A DNA stretch of 56,582 nt from a virus (Duplodnaviria; Caudoviricetes): positions 1 to 56,582 of the IMG/VR virus record IMGVR_UViG_3300025889_000144, one strand, 5' to 3'. Below the pieces are notes generated by a model. That model did not search any database. It was not told where the DNA came from and saw only the letters and a list, made by a program, of their open reading frames with translations. Made by a program: the position numbers and the translations under genes. Below, in pieces: positions 1 to 8,035 of this stretch. Position 1 is the stretch's first letter. The number at the start of each line of letters is the position of its first letter.

Positions 1-272
1 GTCATCATTTTGCGGCACAATTTCATAACCTTTGTGCGTTATGTGCGCACCCTAACTGACTTTAATTTCGGGTCAGTTTCCCAGAATTGCACTCTTTAGG
101 GGCCAGGTATTTCGTACCTGGTCTCTATTCGGGTGTGGTTAGTTTGTATTCGTGATCACGTTTGATCATGGTGCAAACCTTTGTTTCACTCTCTGAGTGT
201 GACGCTCTCCCTGTGCGTTACAATGCACACTGAGGGCCTCTACCCTCACTATGTTCATTCCAGGTACATTGT

Positions 273-581
273 ATGACTGAATTGACAATTAGGACTAACA
301 ATCAGCCACGCCGGCTGTTGTTTGCTTGCGAGTTTTCTGGTGCTGAGCGTACCAAACTCCGCGAACAGTTTGATTGGATGAGCGATGACGAGTTTGACTC
401 TAATTGTTCATTCTTCAGGTACAAAGGTTACTACTACAACCTCGCTGACTTTATGCGAGTTGATGTAGCAAACGGCTCGCCTTTTGTAGGCTGGCACGGT
501 TACAGCTCCGACAGTTATTTCAGCGGTGTGCTGATCAAACTGTGCGGTGAAGATGTCATCGTTGGCCGTTATTGTTCCTGA
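273..581 (+). CDS. hypothetical early protein
   Basis: 102-aa ORF, first of the co-oriented, tightly packed early genes. Confidence 0.75.
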   Translation: MTELTIRTNNQPRRLLFACEFSGAERTKLREQFDWMSDDEFDSNCSFFRYKGYYYNLADFMRVDVANGSPFVGWHGYSSDSYFSGVLIKLCGEDVIVGRYCS

Positions 582-614
582 GTTTAACTAACACAATCAC
601 ATCGCAATCTGATC

Positions 615-899
615 ATGTATTTCCAACACCTTTGCACACACAACGATCGCAACGGCAACCCTCGCCGTTTGTATGTTCTAGTTGTTGACGGTGAGCGTAT
701 CGCTGCATGGGATGAAGGCTACCTAGGCAATCTCGCTGTGCCAGGTATTTGGCGAGAAGCTGCATACAACGCCGAACATGTAGACTGCACAGTTACACTT
801 TATCGTGACCTAAAGCGTACACTTCCTTCACCTGATTGGGCGCATGATGTGCCGGGTTTTGCACACCTCCGCGAACATGTTACCGGTCGTTTCTTCTAA
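615..899 (+). CDS. hypothetical early protein
   Basis: 94-aa ORF preceded by a repeated leader. Confidence 0.75.
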   Translation: MYFQHLCTHNDRNGNPRRLYVLVVDGERIAAWDEGYLGNLAVPGIWREAAYNAEHVDCTVTLYRDLKRTLPSPDWAHDVPGFAHLREHVTGRFF

Positions 900-923
900 C
901 TTCTGTTCATTCTCTGCCTGATC

Positions 924-1088
924 ATGATTTACTACATCAACCGCCACGCTGGCCGTTATCACGAAACTGTCGATGAGTTTGCATCACGTTCTGAGGCAGA
1001 TCGTATGTGCAAAGAGTATCAATTCGGCGAGCACGGTAGAGCTTACTTCTACGTCTCTCGTGTAGCACGTCCTAACTGGACTGTTTGA
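924..1088 (+). CDS. small hypothetical protein, paralogue of 2771..2941
   Basis: 54-aa ORF below the track cut-off (MIYYINRHAGRYHETVDEFASRSEA...), CTGATCATG start context, fills the intergenic gap. Confidence 0.8.
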   Translation: MIYYINRHAGRYHETVDEFASRSEADRMCKEYQFGEHGRAYFYVSRVARPNWTV

Positions 1089-1116
1089 AATTAACTAACA
1101 CCATCGCAATCTGATC

Positions 1117-1305
1117 ATGCAAACTCTTTACATCTACGACCCTCGCTATTCAGTTCACATCAACCAACCAACTACATTCACTTATTCGGAGGCAACTTGT
1201 GCTGCAGCTGCTGCAGTTCGTAGGGGCAGAGCGTATGAACTGTGGGAGAACGGCCGCATGGTTGCTAAAGGTGGGCCGTCTAGTTCATTGGCTTCTGTGC
1301 TTTAA
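1117..1305 (+). CDS. hypothetical early protein
   Basis: 62-aa ORF preceded by a repeated leader. Confidence 0.7.
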   Translation: MQTLYIYDPRYSVHINQPTTFTYSEATCAAAAAVRRGRAYELWENGRMVAKGGPSSSLASVL

Positions 1306-1344
1306 CAACTAACACCAACACAACAGTTTCACAGGTGAATCATC

Positions 1345-1596
1345 ATGACTGAACTGACAACCGTCTGGCCTATCGAACCCCTCACACCTGAGGTTGTACT
1401 AACACCTATCGCCTTCAAAGATGTACCTGTAGGTGCAGAGTTTTGGTGGGGAAATTATCTCCCACAGCGTTGTAACTGGGGCATGAAGCGTTCTAGTAGG
1501 ACTGCAGATTGGCTGCCACTTGTGCACAATCAGTTCACTGGAAGTAAGACGTGGAGCTACTGGCGTTCTAACGAAACTGTCTACATCGTCCGCTAA
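1345..1596 (+). CDS. hypothetical early protein
   Basis: 83-aa Trp-rich ORF preceded by a repeated leader. Confidence 0.7.
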   Translation: MTELTTVWPIEPLTPEVVLTPIAFKDVPVGAEFWWGNYLPQRCNWGMKRSSRTADWLPLVHNQFTGSKTWSYWRSNETVYIVR

Positions 1597-1619
1597 CTAA
1601 CACCAACACAATCATCACC

Positions 1620-1931
1620 ATGGCACACACAATCGACACAGATGCAGTTCGCGAACTAGAACTGTACGCTCTCAACTTCTCAGGCGCTCACTACAACACA
1701 GTGGGCAAGACTCTATCGAAGTTTTATCAGAAAGGCACGTTCAGTTTGGATCGTGCGATTGCATACATCGAGCGTTATCTGTTAGTTCCTGCAGCTAAAG
1801 ACTACAAACTGTGCAACGGCTCTATGTCTACATCGTGGAACCAAATGTTTCCCAAGCCCGAAAGACTTGTGGCTGCAGAATCTATCGCCCACGCTTTTGT
1901 TTCTGAGTTTCGTTTAGGTAACTTCTGGTAA
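1620..1931 (+). CDS. hypothetical early protein
   Basis: 103-aa ORF preceded by a repeated leader. Confidence 0.75.
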   Translation: MAHTIDTDAVRELELYALNFSGAHYNTVGKTLSKFYQKGTFSLDRAIAYIERYLLVPAAKDYKLCNGSMSTSWNQMFPKPERLVAAESIAHAFVSEFRLGNFW

Positions 1932-1933
1932 CC

Positions 1934-2128
1934 ATGACTATCACTAACTTCAACGCAGATCGTGACTTCTTGCGTCGCATGATTCGTGCCTACGAACAAG
2001 ATCTCTTACAGCTAATTAGTGAAACTCCAGATCATCCCGGTGGTGATTGGGCAAAGGATCATCTAGCGACCCTTGAGTATCTTCGCGGCAAAACATTTTC
2101 CGACCGCACGCAAACTATCACCTTCTGA
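1934..2128 (+). CDS. hypothetical early protein
   Basis: 64-aa ORF, 2-nt gaps to both neighbours. Confidence 0.7.
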   Translation: MTITNFNADRDFLRRMIRAYEQDLLQLISETPDHPGGDWAKDHLATLEYLRGKTFSDRTQTITF

Positions 2129-2130
2129 TC

Positions 2131-2319
2131 ATGACACTCAAAACACGCAATCAACCACTCAAACCTATCCCTTCTTTCAACTTCGTTAATCGCAGGGAGA
2201 TCGACTACATCCTGGCTTCACTACAACTAATGGCTGAGTCTGGCCAGGTTGATCCTGTGGAGCAGGAAGCCTTCACTAACTTGCTTGATTCCTTCCAGAT
2301 CTTTGCACTATCAGTATGA
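2131..2319 (+). CDS. hypothetical early protein
   Basis: 62-aa ORF, ATGA overlap with next gene. Confidence 0.7.
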   Translation: MTLKTRNQPLKPIPSFNFVNRREIDYILASLQLMAESGQVDPVEQEAFTNLLDSFQIFALSV

Positions 2320-2522
2320 AACAGACAACTAACCTTCAACGCGAACAGTCCCACGCGATTGATCTGTGGACACTGCTACATGATGCAGAGCAAATTGTCA
2401 TTAACCATGACTATCTCCACCCTCGTATGCACCAGCGTCTGACTGATCTTATGAAGATCGTTGAGACTTACCAAACTGCAGTAGAACACCAACTCGAACA
2501 ACTAGCAGAGTACGAACCATGA
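2316..2522 (+). CDS. hypothetical early protein
   Basis: 68-aa ORF, ATGA overlaps at both ends. Confidence 0.7.
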   Translation: MKQTTNLQREQSHAIDLWTLLHDAEQIVINHDYLHPRMHQRLTDLMKIVETYQTAVEHQLEQLAEYEP

Positions 2523-2647
2523 TCGACTACGAACAACTTGCACAGGAATCTGCACTATTTCCTTGGCTGGATTCTGATTGTATGAGTGACTCCTACGAGG
2601 AGATCATGTTTAACAACAACTACATCGAGATTGACGAAGATGACTGA
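2519..2647 (+). CDS. small acidic hypothetical protein
   Basis: 42-aa ORF (MIDYEQLAQES...IEIDEDD), coupled to upstream gene by ATGA overlap. Confidence 0.6.
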   Translation: MIDYEQLAQESALFPWLDSDCMSDSYEEIMFNNNYIEIDEDD

Positions 2648-2774
2648 ATTCACAGCTGTATTAAACGAAGACAATCTGTTCGACATCTTTATCGACGGCG
2701 AACTTTGTTACTACAGCTTCGACAGTCAAGATCTAAAAGATTTTGCAGAAGACTTCATCGAATCGAACAAATGA
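2640..2774 (+). CDS. small acidic hypothetical protein
   Basis: 44 aa from the internal ATG of track ORF 2586..2774 (MTEFTAVLNED...). Confidence 0.65.
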   Translation: MTEFTAVLNEDNLFDIFIDGELCYYSFDSQDLKDFAEDFIESNK

Positions 2775-2941
2775 CTTACTACATCCAACGCCGATCAATC
2801 AACCACAACTACTTAGAAACTGTGGATGAGTTTGAGTCTCGCAAGGAGGCTAATGCCACGCTGCATGAGTATCAGCTCTGTGACTATTCGGCTCACTATT
2901 ACATCAGCTCGCGGTGCTGCAAAGCTTGGCGGGAGTCGTAA
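2771..2941 (+). CDS. small hypothetical protein, paralogue of 924..1088
   Basis: 56 aa from internal ATG (MTYYIQRR...ETVDEFESRKEA); ATGA overlap. Confidence 0.8.
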   Translation: MTYYIQRRSINHNYLETVDEFESRKEANATLHEYQLCDYSAHYYISSRCCKAWRES

Positions 2942-3008
2942 CTCCCCTTTGATAAACACAAACGAGAGCTATCCCTCCCGCTAACGCGGGGCGACCGCAC
3001 ACAGCGCC

Positions 3009-3036
3009 TTGACTGTTCCGACAGGCATGGTATAGT
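3009..3036 (+). promoter_or_regulatory. sigma70-type early promoter
   Basis: TTGACT-N16-TATAGT with TGn extended -10, intergenic. Confidence 0.7.
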
Positions 3037-3091
3037 GTGCGGGGCTCCTGCCCTTTTCATTTTCTTCTACGGTCATCATTTTCTCATCACA

Positions 3092-3313
3092 ATGGACAGC
3101 TTCCCTTACGACATCTACGAGCTTGGTTATCACAGTCTTGCATACCATGCACTTGCACGCTTTAAGCAACTGCTGCAGCGGGACATGATGATGCCGCCTG
3201 ACATTGCCGAACAAATTGAGGACAACATCATTCCCGCACTTGAGTACATCGACGGGTGGGAACCAACTGATGCACAAATTCAAGCTCACATCGACTCACG
3301 AGGCATGATCTGA
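3092..3313 (+). CDS. hypothetical early protein
   Basis: ATG 3092 preferred over GTG 3035, which overlaps the promoter. Confidence 0.7.
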   Translation: MDSFPYDIYELGYHSLAYHALARFKQLLQRDMMMPPDIAEQIEDNIIPALEYIDGWEPTDAQIQAHIDSRGMI

Positions 3314-3504
3314 TGATTCAACTAATCGTTGACGATGAGTTTGGCGTACCCTTCGCCATTGACACCTTCCTAACCATTGATGACGCTAAAGATGCACTTA
3401 ACCAGCTGGAGTGTTCACTCGAAGACTGTGTAACTTCAGCCCGTGCAAACTACCTTATGTGTGCCATCGACCAACTGAAACAATCCATCGCGGAGTATGA
3501 GTAA
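3313..3504 (+). CDS. small acidic hypothetical protein
   Basis: 63-aa ORF, TGATG coupling. Confidence 0.7.
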   Translation: MIQLIVDDEFGVPFAIDTFLTIDDAKDALNQLECSLEDCVTSARANYLMCAIDQLKQSIAEYE

Positions 3505-3871
3505 GCAGATGATCACCGTACAAACAAACCATGGCACATTCAAAGTGCCCGCTAAATACGTAGGCGAAGCCCTCGCAGTCCACCGCCCCGTCGTCGGTTT
3601 CAACAAATTAAGCACCAAGCCGCGACGCTGGGCAATCACCCACCTAGGTTCAGGTTTGGTTGCTGGTTGGTTTGATGGTCCGATGCGCGACGCTATCCAA
3701 CTAGCTAAGTGCTGGGATCTTACCTTTCGTGATGAGCTCCCTGGTCCTGACCCTAACGCTAAAGAGTGGGTGCGTAAGGATAAGTGGAAGCGCCAACTTA
3801 ACGGAGACGAACCTATCGCATCGCCTGATTCGTTTGAAGCTGTACTAGCCGACTACGAGGCAAACTCCTAA
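3497..3871 (+). CDS. hypothetical early protein
   Basis: 124-aa ORF overlapping the upstream stop. Confidence 0.75.
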   Translation: MSKQMITVQTNHGTFKVPAKYVGEALAVHRPVVGFNKLSTKPRRWAITHLGSGLVAGWFDGPMRDAIQLAKCWDLTFRDELPGPDPNAKEWVRKDKWKRQLNGDEPIASPDSFEAVLADYEANS

Positions 3872-3913
3872 CCCGCTTCGCGGGGCGACTCACACAATTA
3901 CACCAACATCACC

Positions 3914-4279
3914 ATGCGTACCATTGAAAAGAAGATGCTCAGCGCCATCATCGAGCGCAAGAACTTCAGCCTTGCTAACACTCGCGTCGAATGTATCCAC
4001 TTCCCTCATCCTGTGGACAAGGGAGATCGCATCATCGACCGCTGCAATGTCTACTTGCACAACAGTCTTATCGCCACAGTGACTCCTGATGATGTAACTG
4101 TGAACAACTGTGGCTATCGCACTAGCACAACTAAGTCGCGAATCAGCACCATTCTTCGTGAGTTCTGTGGCGCTGGTGTCTCACAATCTAATTTTGAGTG
4201 GTATCTAACTACTCGTGACAACGTGATCCACATGGAGGACCGGCGAGATTACACTGTTGAGCGGATTCCCCTTCATTGA
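3914..4279 (+). CDS. phage hypothetical protein
   Basis: 121-aa ORF with A/C-rich leader. Confidence 0.75.
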   Translation: MRTIEKKMLSAIIERKNFSLANTRVECIHFPHPVDKGDRIIDRCNVYLHNSLIATVTPDDVTVNNCGYRTSTTKSRISTILREFCGAGVSQSNFEWYLTTRDNVIHMEDRRDYTVERIPLH

Positions 4280-4524
4280 TGAGTCTCCCGAGCCTGAGAA
4301 CAAATCAACGAAACATTCTCCGCCTAGTCGCCCAACACGAACAACGTAACCCTGGCGAACCTTGCTACCTCGGCAAAGTTACAGCCAGTCGCCGCAACGT
4401 CTTCCTAAAGGCAGTTGGCTCACTCGAAGAAAGACAACTAATCGAGATAGAACGAGTCGGCTCGAACTTCCAAGCTTGGAAAATCAAACTACTCATCCCA
4501 ATCGACCAAATTATCCCAGCTTAA
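4279..4524 (+). CDS. hypothetical protein, possibly winged-helix
   Basis: TGATG coupling; LxxxQxxIL...LEERQLIEI pattern resembles wHTH. Confidence 0.6.
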   Translation: MSLPSLRTNQRNILRLVAQHEQRNPGEPCYLGKVTASRRNVFLKAVGSLEERQLIEIERVGSNFQAWKIKLLIPIDQIIPA

Positions 4525-4526
4525 TT

Positions 4527-4691
4527 ATGATGGCACCCTTCTCCAAACGTCGATTTGCTGAGACTGCGATCCTGTTGGCCGCAACGATCGCCTTTGCTGC
4601 AGCCATCAGGACAGGCGACACGCAAAGATCTCACAGCATTCAGTGTCCATTTGCACCAAACGGCAAACCTTATTTCGCTCCTGGCTGCTAA
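4527..4691 (+). CDS. small protein with one hydrophobic segment
   Basis: internal ATG of track ORF 4362..4691; AILLAATIAFAAAI segment. Confidence 0.5.
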   Translation: MMAPFSKRRFAETAILLAATIAFAAAIRTGDTQRSHSIQCPFAPNGKPYFAPGC

Positions 4692-4713
4692 GCTTCAGTG
4701 CTGCTGATCTCTT

Positions 4714-4884
4714 GTGACCTACCCAATCACAGTTACATTGCAATCACAAATCTCACAGAAGCACATCGAGTACACAAATGTTTCCCCTGCAACGTTACTG
4801 GCGGTCGTAAAGGGCTCAAAGTCCAAGCCAGCCAAAGAGCTAGCCGCCAGGCTCATCCCCATTCTTGAGGATCTCAGCAAATGA
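4714..4884 (+). CDS. small hypothetical protein
   Basis: 56-aa GTG-start ORF filling the gap. Confidence 0.45.
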   Translation: MTYPITVTLQSQISQKHIEYTNVSPATLLAVVKGSKSKPAKELAARLIPILEDLSK

Positions 4885-4981
4885 AGTTCACTCTCCTCCT
4901 CGCGTCGCTTAGCCTTCTCCTGTTAAGCCCTGTGGCTCACGGTAATCACTCCCACGATGCCCAGGAAACTCATCTAGATCA

Positions 4982-5182
4982 ATGTCAGAACTGAGCTTCA
5001 CAAAGGATGAAATCCTGACGCTGCGCCGAGCGCTCAACGCTCTGGTGGTTAGGCAGGAACTCAACTCGTTGGCTGCTTCTGAGCCTATGAAGCGGGAGAT
5101 TGAATCAACTCTCAACGATCTACACAAACTAGACATCAAACTATTACAACTAAAACCTTCATGCTCCTGTCTCGCGCAATAG
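4982..5182 (+). CDS. hypothetical protein
   Basis: 66-aa helical ORF in operon orientation. Confidence 0.6.
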   Translation: MSELSFTKDEILTLRRALNALVVRQELNSLAASEPMKREIESTLNDLHKLDIKLLQLKPSCSCLAQ

Positions 5183-5478
5183 AACCCTTCGCTAAGTTCA
5201 ACCCCCGCGAAGTCTCCTGTACAACACTCTTTATCTTTCTAGCTGTAGGGGAGTCTCCTGAGGGGCTCCTCCAAACAGACATCGCTCGCAAGCTAGGTAT
5301 CCCGAAGAGTTCTGTCTCGCGTAACTGTGGGATCTTAGATTCACAAACTCAGAAAGGTGACCCCGGCATGGGCCTGGTAAACCGTGAGCCTTGGCACGCA
5401 GATCAAAGGATCAAGCTGGTGAAACTTACAGCAAAAGGACGTGAACTCTTTGATGAAATTCACAGTCACCTAGGCTAG
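5161..5478 (+). CDS. MarR-family winged-helix regulator
   Basis: QTDIARKLGIPKSSVSRN HTH and GLVNR...DQRIKLVKLTAKG wing. Confidence 0.85.
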   Translation: MLLSRAIEPFAKFNPREVSCTTLFIFLAVGESPEGLLQTDIARKLGIPKSSVSRNCGILDSQTQKGDPGMGLVNREPWHADQRIKLVKLTAKGRELFDEIHSHLG

Positions 5479-5502
5479 TCTCGCTGGAGTTTCATTACTC
5501 CT

Positions 5503-6018
5503 GTGGTCTTACCTGATTGGCGGATTAAGGCGCTGTGCGAAGGCGGCATGATTGAGCCCTTCAATCCCACGCTGATCAACCCCGCCAGTCTTGACGTGAC
5601 GCTGGGCACCAACCTTTATGTTGAGACTGAGGAAGGGGGATTGCTCCCCCTGGAGATCTCAGGTCACACCAGAGAGAATCCCTTTCTGCTCAGGCCTAAC
5701 GAATTTATCTTGGCTGAAACAGCTGAGACTTTTAACATCCCTGACTTCATCTCGGCGCAGTTCGTACTCAAGTCTTCGCTGGCTCGTGCTGGTCTGGAGC
5801 ACTTACTCGCAGGCTACATCGATCCCGGTTTCAACAACTCCGTTCTAACTTTGGAGTTTAAGAACGCTAAACAATTCTCGTCTTTCCCACTCTGGCCCGG
5901 TATGCGGTGCGGACAGATCGTCTTCACTGAGATGGCTGAGGCGCCTCAAGCAAGCTACAGATACACAGGGCGCTACAACGGAGATGCAAAAGTCTCACGT
6001 AGTAAGGGGCTCCTGTAA
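5503..6018 (+). CDS. dcd: dCTP deaminase
   Basis: INPASLDVTLG, KSSLARAG, AGYIDPGF, TLE and GRY motifs. Confidence 0.92.
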   Translation: MVLPDWRIKALCEGGMIEPFNPTLINPASLDVTLGTNLYVETEEGGLLPLEISGHTRENPFLLRPNEFILAETAETFNIPDFISAQFVLKSSLARAGLEHLLAGYIDPGFNNSVLTLEFKNAKQFSSFPLWPGMRCGQIVFTEMAEAPQASYRYTGRYNGDAKVSRSKGLL

Positions 6019-6189
6019 GTCCTGAGGCTTAAGTGCCTCGCAACAAACTCAGACACAAATGAGAAAGATAAATACTACATACGCTGTCTAGTTTTGTTGC
6101 TAATGTTTTATTTAGAAAAAGTTTCTTTCTTAAGAAAAGTTGCAATAACTACACCCCCGTGTCACCAAAGATAAATCCCTGCGCAGGGG

Positions 6190-6218
6190 TTGACAGGGTG
6201 CGCAGGAGAATGTACATT
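6190..6218 (+). promoter_or_regulatory. sigma70-type promoter with adjacent palindromic operator candidate
   Basis: TTGACA-N17-TACATT; perfect palindrome CCCTGCGCAGGG at 6177-6188. Confidence 0.7.
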
Positions 6219-6275
6219 GCTCTGCATGGGCGGCACCGGCCCTTAACGCGGTGCGTTCCCTCTGCATCACATCAA

Positions 6276-6701
6276 ATGATTAAGGTCACTAAACAGTCCC
6301 TGATCGACCAGGGACGCATCAGCGCTGAACGTTACGATTCCTGCGACACAGCTCTAGCCCAACTGAATGAAGGGTTTGGTGCTGAGTATGAAGCTGCTCG
6401 AAGCAACTTGACTTCAATGCTCGTCAAGGCAGACAACGTAGGCCTTGACCTAGACATTTTCCGTGGCGACGACTCGTTATTTAAGTTTCCCGAGTTTCGC
6501 ACGAACATCGTTGTTCGAATTGACCGCTCGCCCACGCCTCACGCCAAGATCGAGAAGTTGAACGAGAAGATCGCTGACCTTGAGCGAAAGCTCAAGATTG
6601 CAAAGATCGAACGAAACAGTCTGATCGAGCAGCTCCACATCACAGGAGCTGTCGACTTGGTTACTGACAAAATCACCGCCGTCTTCCGTCGCCTTAAGTG
6701 A
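6276..6701 (+). CDS. hypothetical protein with coiled coil
   Basis: ATG 6276 lies downstream of the promoter; heptads KIEKLNEKIADLERKLK. Confidence 0.75.
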   Translation: MIKVTKQSLIDQGRISAERYDSCDTALAQLNEGFGAEYEAARSNLTSMLVKADNVGLDLDIFRGDDSLFKFPEFRTNIVVRIDRSPTPHAKIEKLNEKIADLERKLKIAKIERNSLIEQLHITGAVDLVTDKITAVFRRLK

Positions 6702-6703
6702 TC

Positions 6704-7915
6704 ATGAGTAACGACAAAATCTTCCTCCTCCACTGTTCTGTCAGCGCATCCGTAAGGCAGAGCACACAGATAAAGATGGCAGATCTCCAGCTGCCTGACA
6801 CTGTGATCGACGTGCTAGAAAAACAGCAATCTGTTTCTGTGCGCCCAACATTATCAGGTAAGCTCAAAGAATTCTTGAACTTGCTGCGCATAGAACAACG
6901 CAAACTGTATGACGAGTGCACGATCCATAACGGAGACGTCCACTTCCTCCACGAGGATTACTTCGAAGAGGCTATGCAGTGCATCGCAAAGATTCGCTCC
7001 GATGCTTCTAAATACAACGAACAACTCAATGAGCTTTGGCTCGAAGAGTACACTCGCTGGTCGAACACCGTTGAAGGTTTCTTAGAGCCTCTGTTCCGAG
7101 ACGACACCGAAGGGTTCAAACTCGCCAAGGAAGCTTACTTAACTATCTTCCCGACGAAGCAAGAGTTCGAGAACCCGATCAGAGTGTTCGTGGTTGGCCC
7201 CAACCCTGTGAGCATGGAGGTTTCTGACAGCAAAGAGGAGCACTCAATCTCCACGGCAATCCAAGAGGCGGCAGTATTCAACACAAACGAGGTGCTCGAA
7301 GCGGCTCGTGAGGGTGCAGCTGACCGAGCACTCGCTAAGGCAGCTGAATTGCTGGACGACCTTGATGTTCGAGTGTCCTCCAAGGTTGGCGAACGTCAAA
7401 CAGGAGGAACCAAACGCCGAGGTTCTTGGCAGATCACCGCCGAGACTTTGCAACTGATCACCCGCCACTGCCCAGGGTTTGAGAATCTTTCGACGCTATC
7501 GAATGATTTGCTCGATGTAGGTGTCAGGCTTCAGTCAGACACTGCCAAAGTTAAAAACCAAGCGTTCAAAGATTATGCAGACTTAAAAACTAAGATCCGC
7601 CAGGAGCTTCAGTCGATTGTTGAGTCACGTAACTCCAGTGATGGTCTTGAGTCGCTGAAGAGATCCCTGACACTCTCTGGCACTTACAGAGATCTATTAG
7701 CGAAGATCAACTCGGCTGATAACCAGGAACAACTCGATCAGCTTTACCACGAGCTTCAGATCGAGAAAGATGTTTACCATCAGCGAGCGAAGCATTTGCA
7801 GGTTCTATTTGACCAGCGCACCGAGCTGGTTAAAGCTCAATCCGCGAACTTAGATGATCTAATTGATGAGGTCAAAACCATTGAAGCTGAATCGACAGAT
7901 GACCTTGACTTCTAA
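6704..7915 (+). CDS. helical protein, DUF3150-like by context
   Basis: ~400-aa helical ORF directly upstream of an AAA+/VWA pair; family name inferred from context. Confidence 0.6.
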   Translation: MSNDKIFLLHCSVSASVRQSTQIKMADLQLPDTVIDVLEKQQSVSVRPTLSGKLKEFLNLLRIEQRKLYDECTIHNGDVHFLHEDYFEEAMQCIAKIRSDASKYNEQLNELWLEEYTRWSNTVEGFLEPLFRDDTEGFKLAKEAYLTIFPTKQEFENPIRVFVVGPNPVSMEVSDSKEEHSISTAIQEAAVFNTNEVLEAAREGAADRALAKAAELLDDLDVRVSSKVGERQTGGTKRRGSWQITAETLQLITRHCPGFENLSTLSNDLLDVGVRLQSDTAKVKNQAFKDYADLKTKIRQELQSIVESRNSSDGLESLKRSLTLSGTYRDLLAKINSADNQEQLDQLYHELQIEKDVYHQRAKHLQVLFDQRTELVKAQSANLDDLIDEVKTIEAESTDDLDF

Positions 7916-8035
7916 TCTTTCATCAAAAGACTACACGCTCTTGCTTGTCACTAAGAGCCTTTCTAAACCGTACCGAAACCTAAACAGAAACCTTTTCAAA
8001 GACCTGTTAAAAGCACTCACAACCATCTTCGACTA

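Larger units (their letters stand above)
585..1622 (+). repeat. dispersed intergenic leader repeats (AACTAACAC core) before early start codons
   Basis: TAACTAACAC at 585 and 1092; CATCGCAATCTGATCATG identical at 600-617 and 1102-1119; AACTAACACCAACACAA identical at 1307-1323 and 1595-1611. Confidence 0.85.

Noticed and set aside
585-1622. CRISPR array or integron attC sites
   Set aside because: Repeats are short, non-palindromic and irregularly spaced, separated by whole genes; no cas or integrase gene
6159-6275. N-terminal extensions given by the ORF track (also 3035, 19124, 23054, 42386, 43278, 43513)
   Set aside because: They overlap promoters, structured leaders or upstream genes; downstream starts with typical coupling fit better
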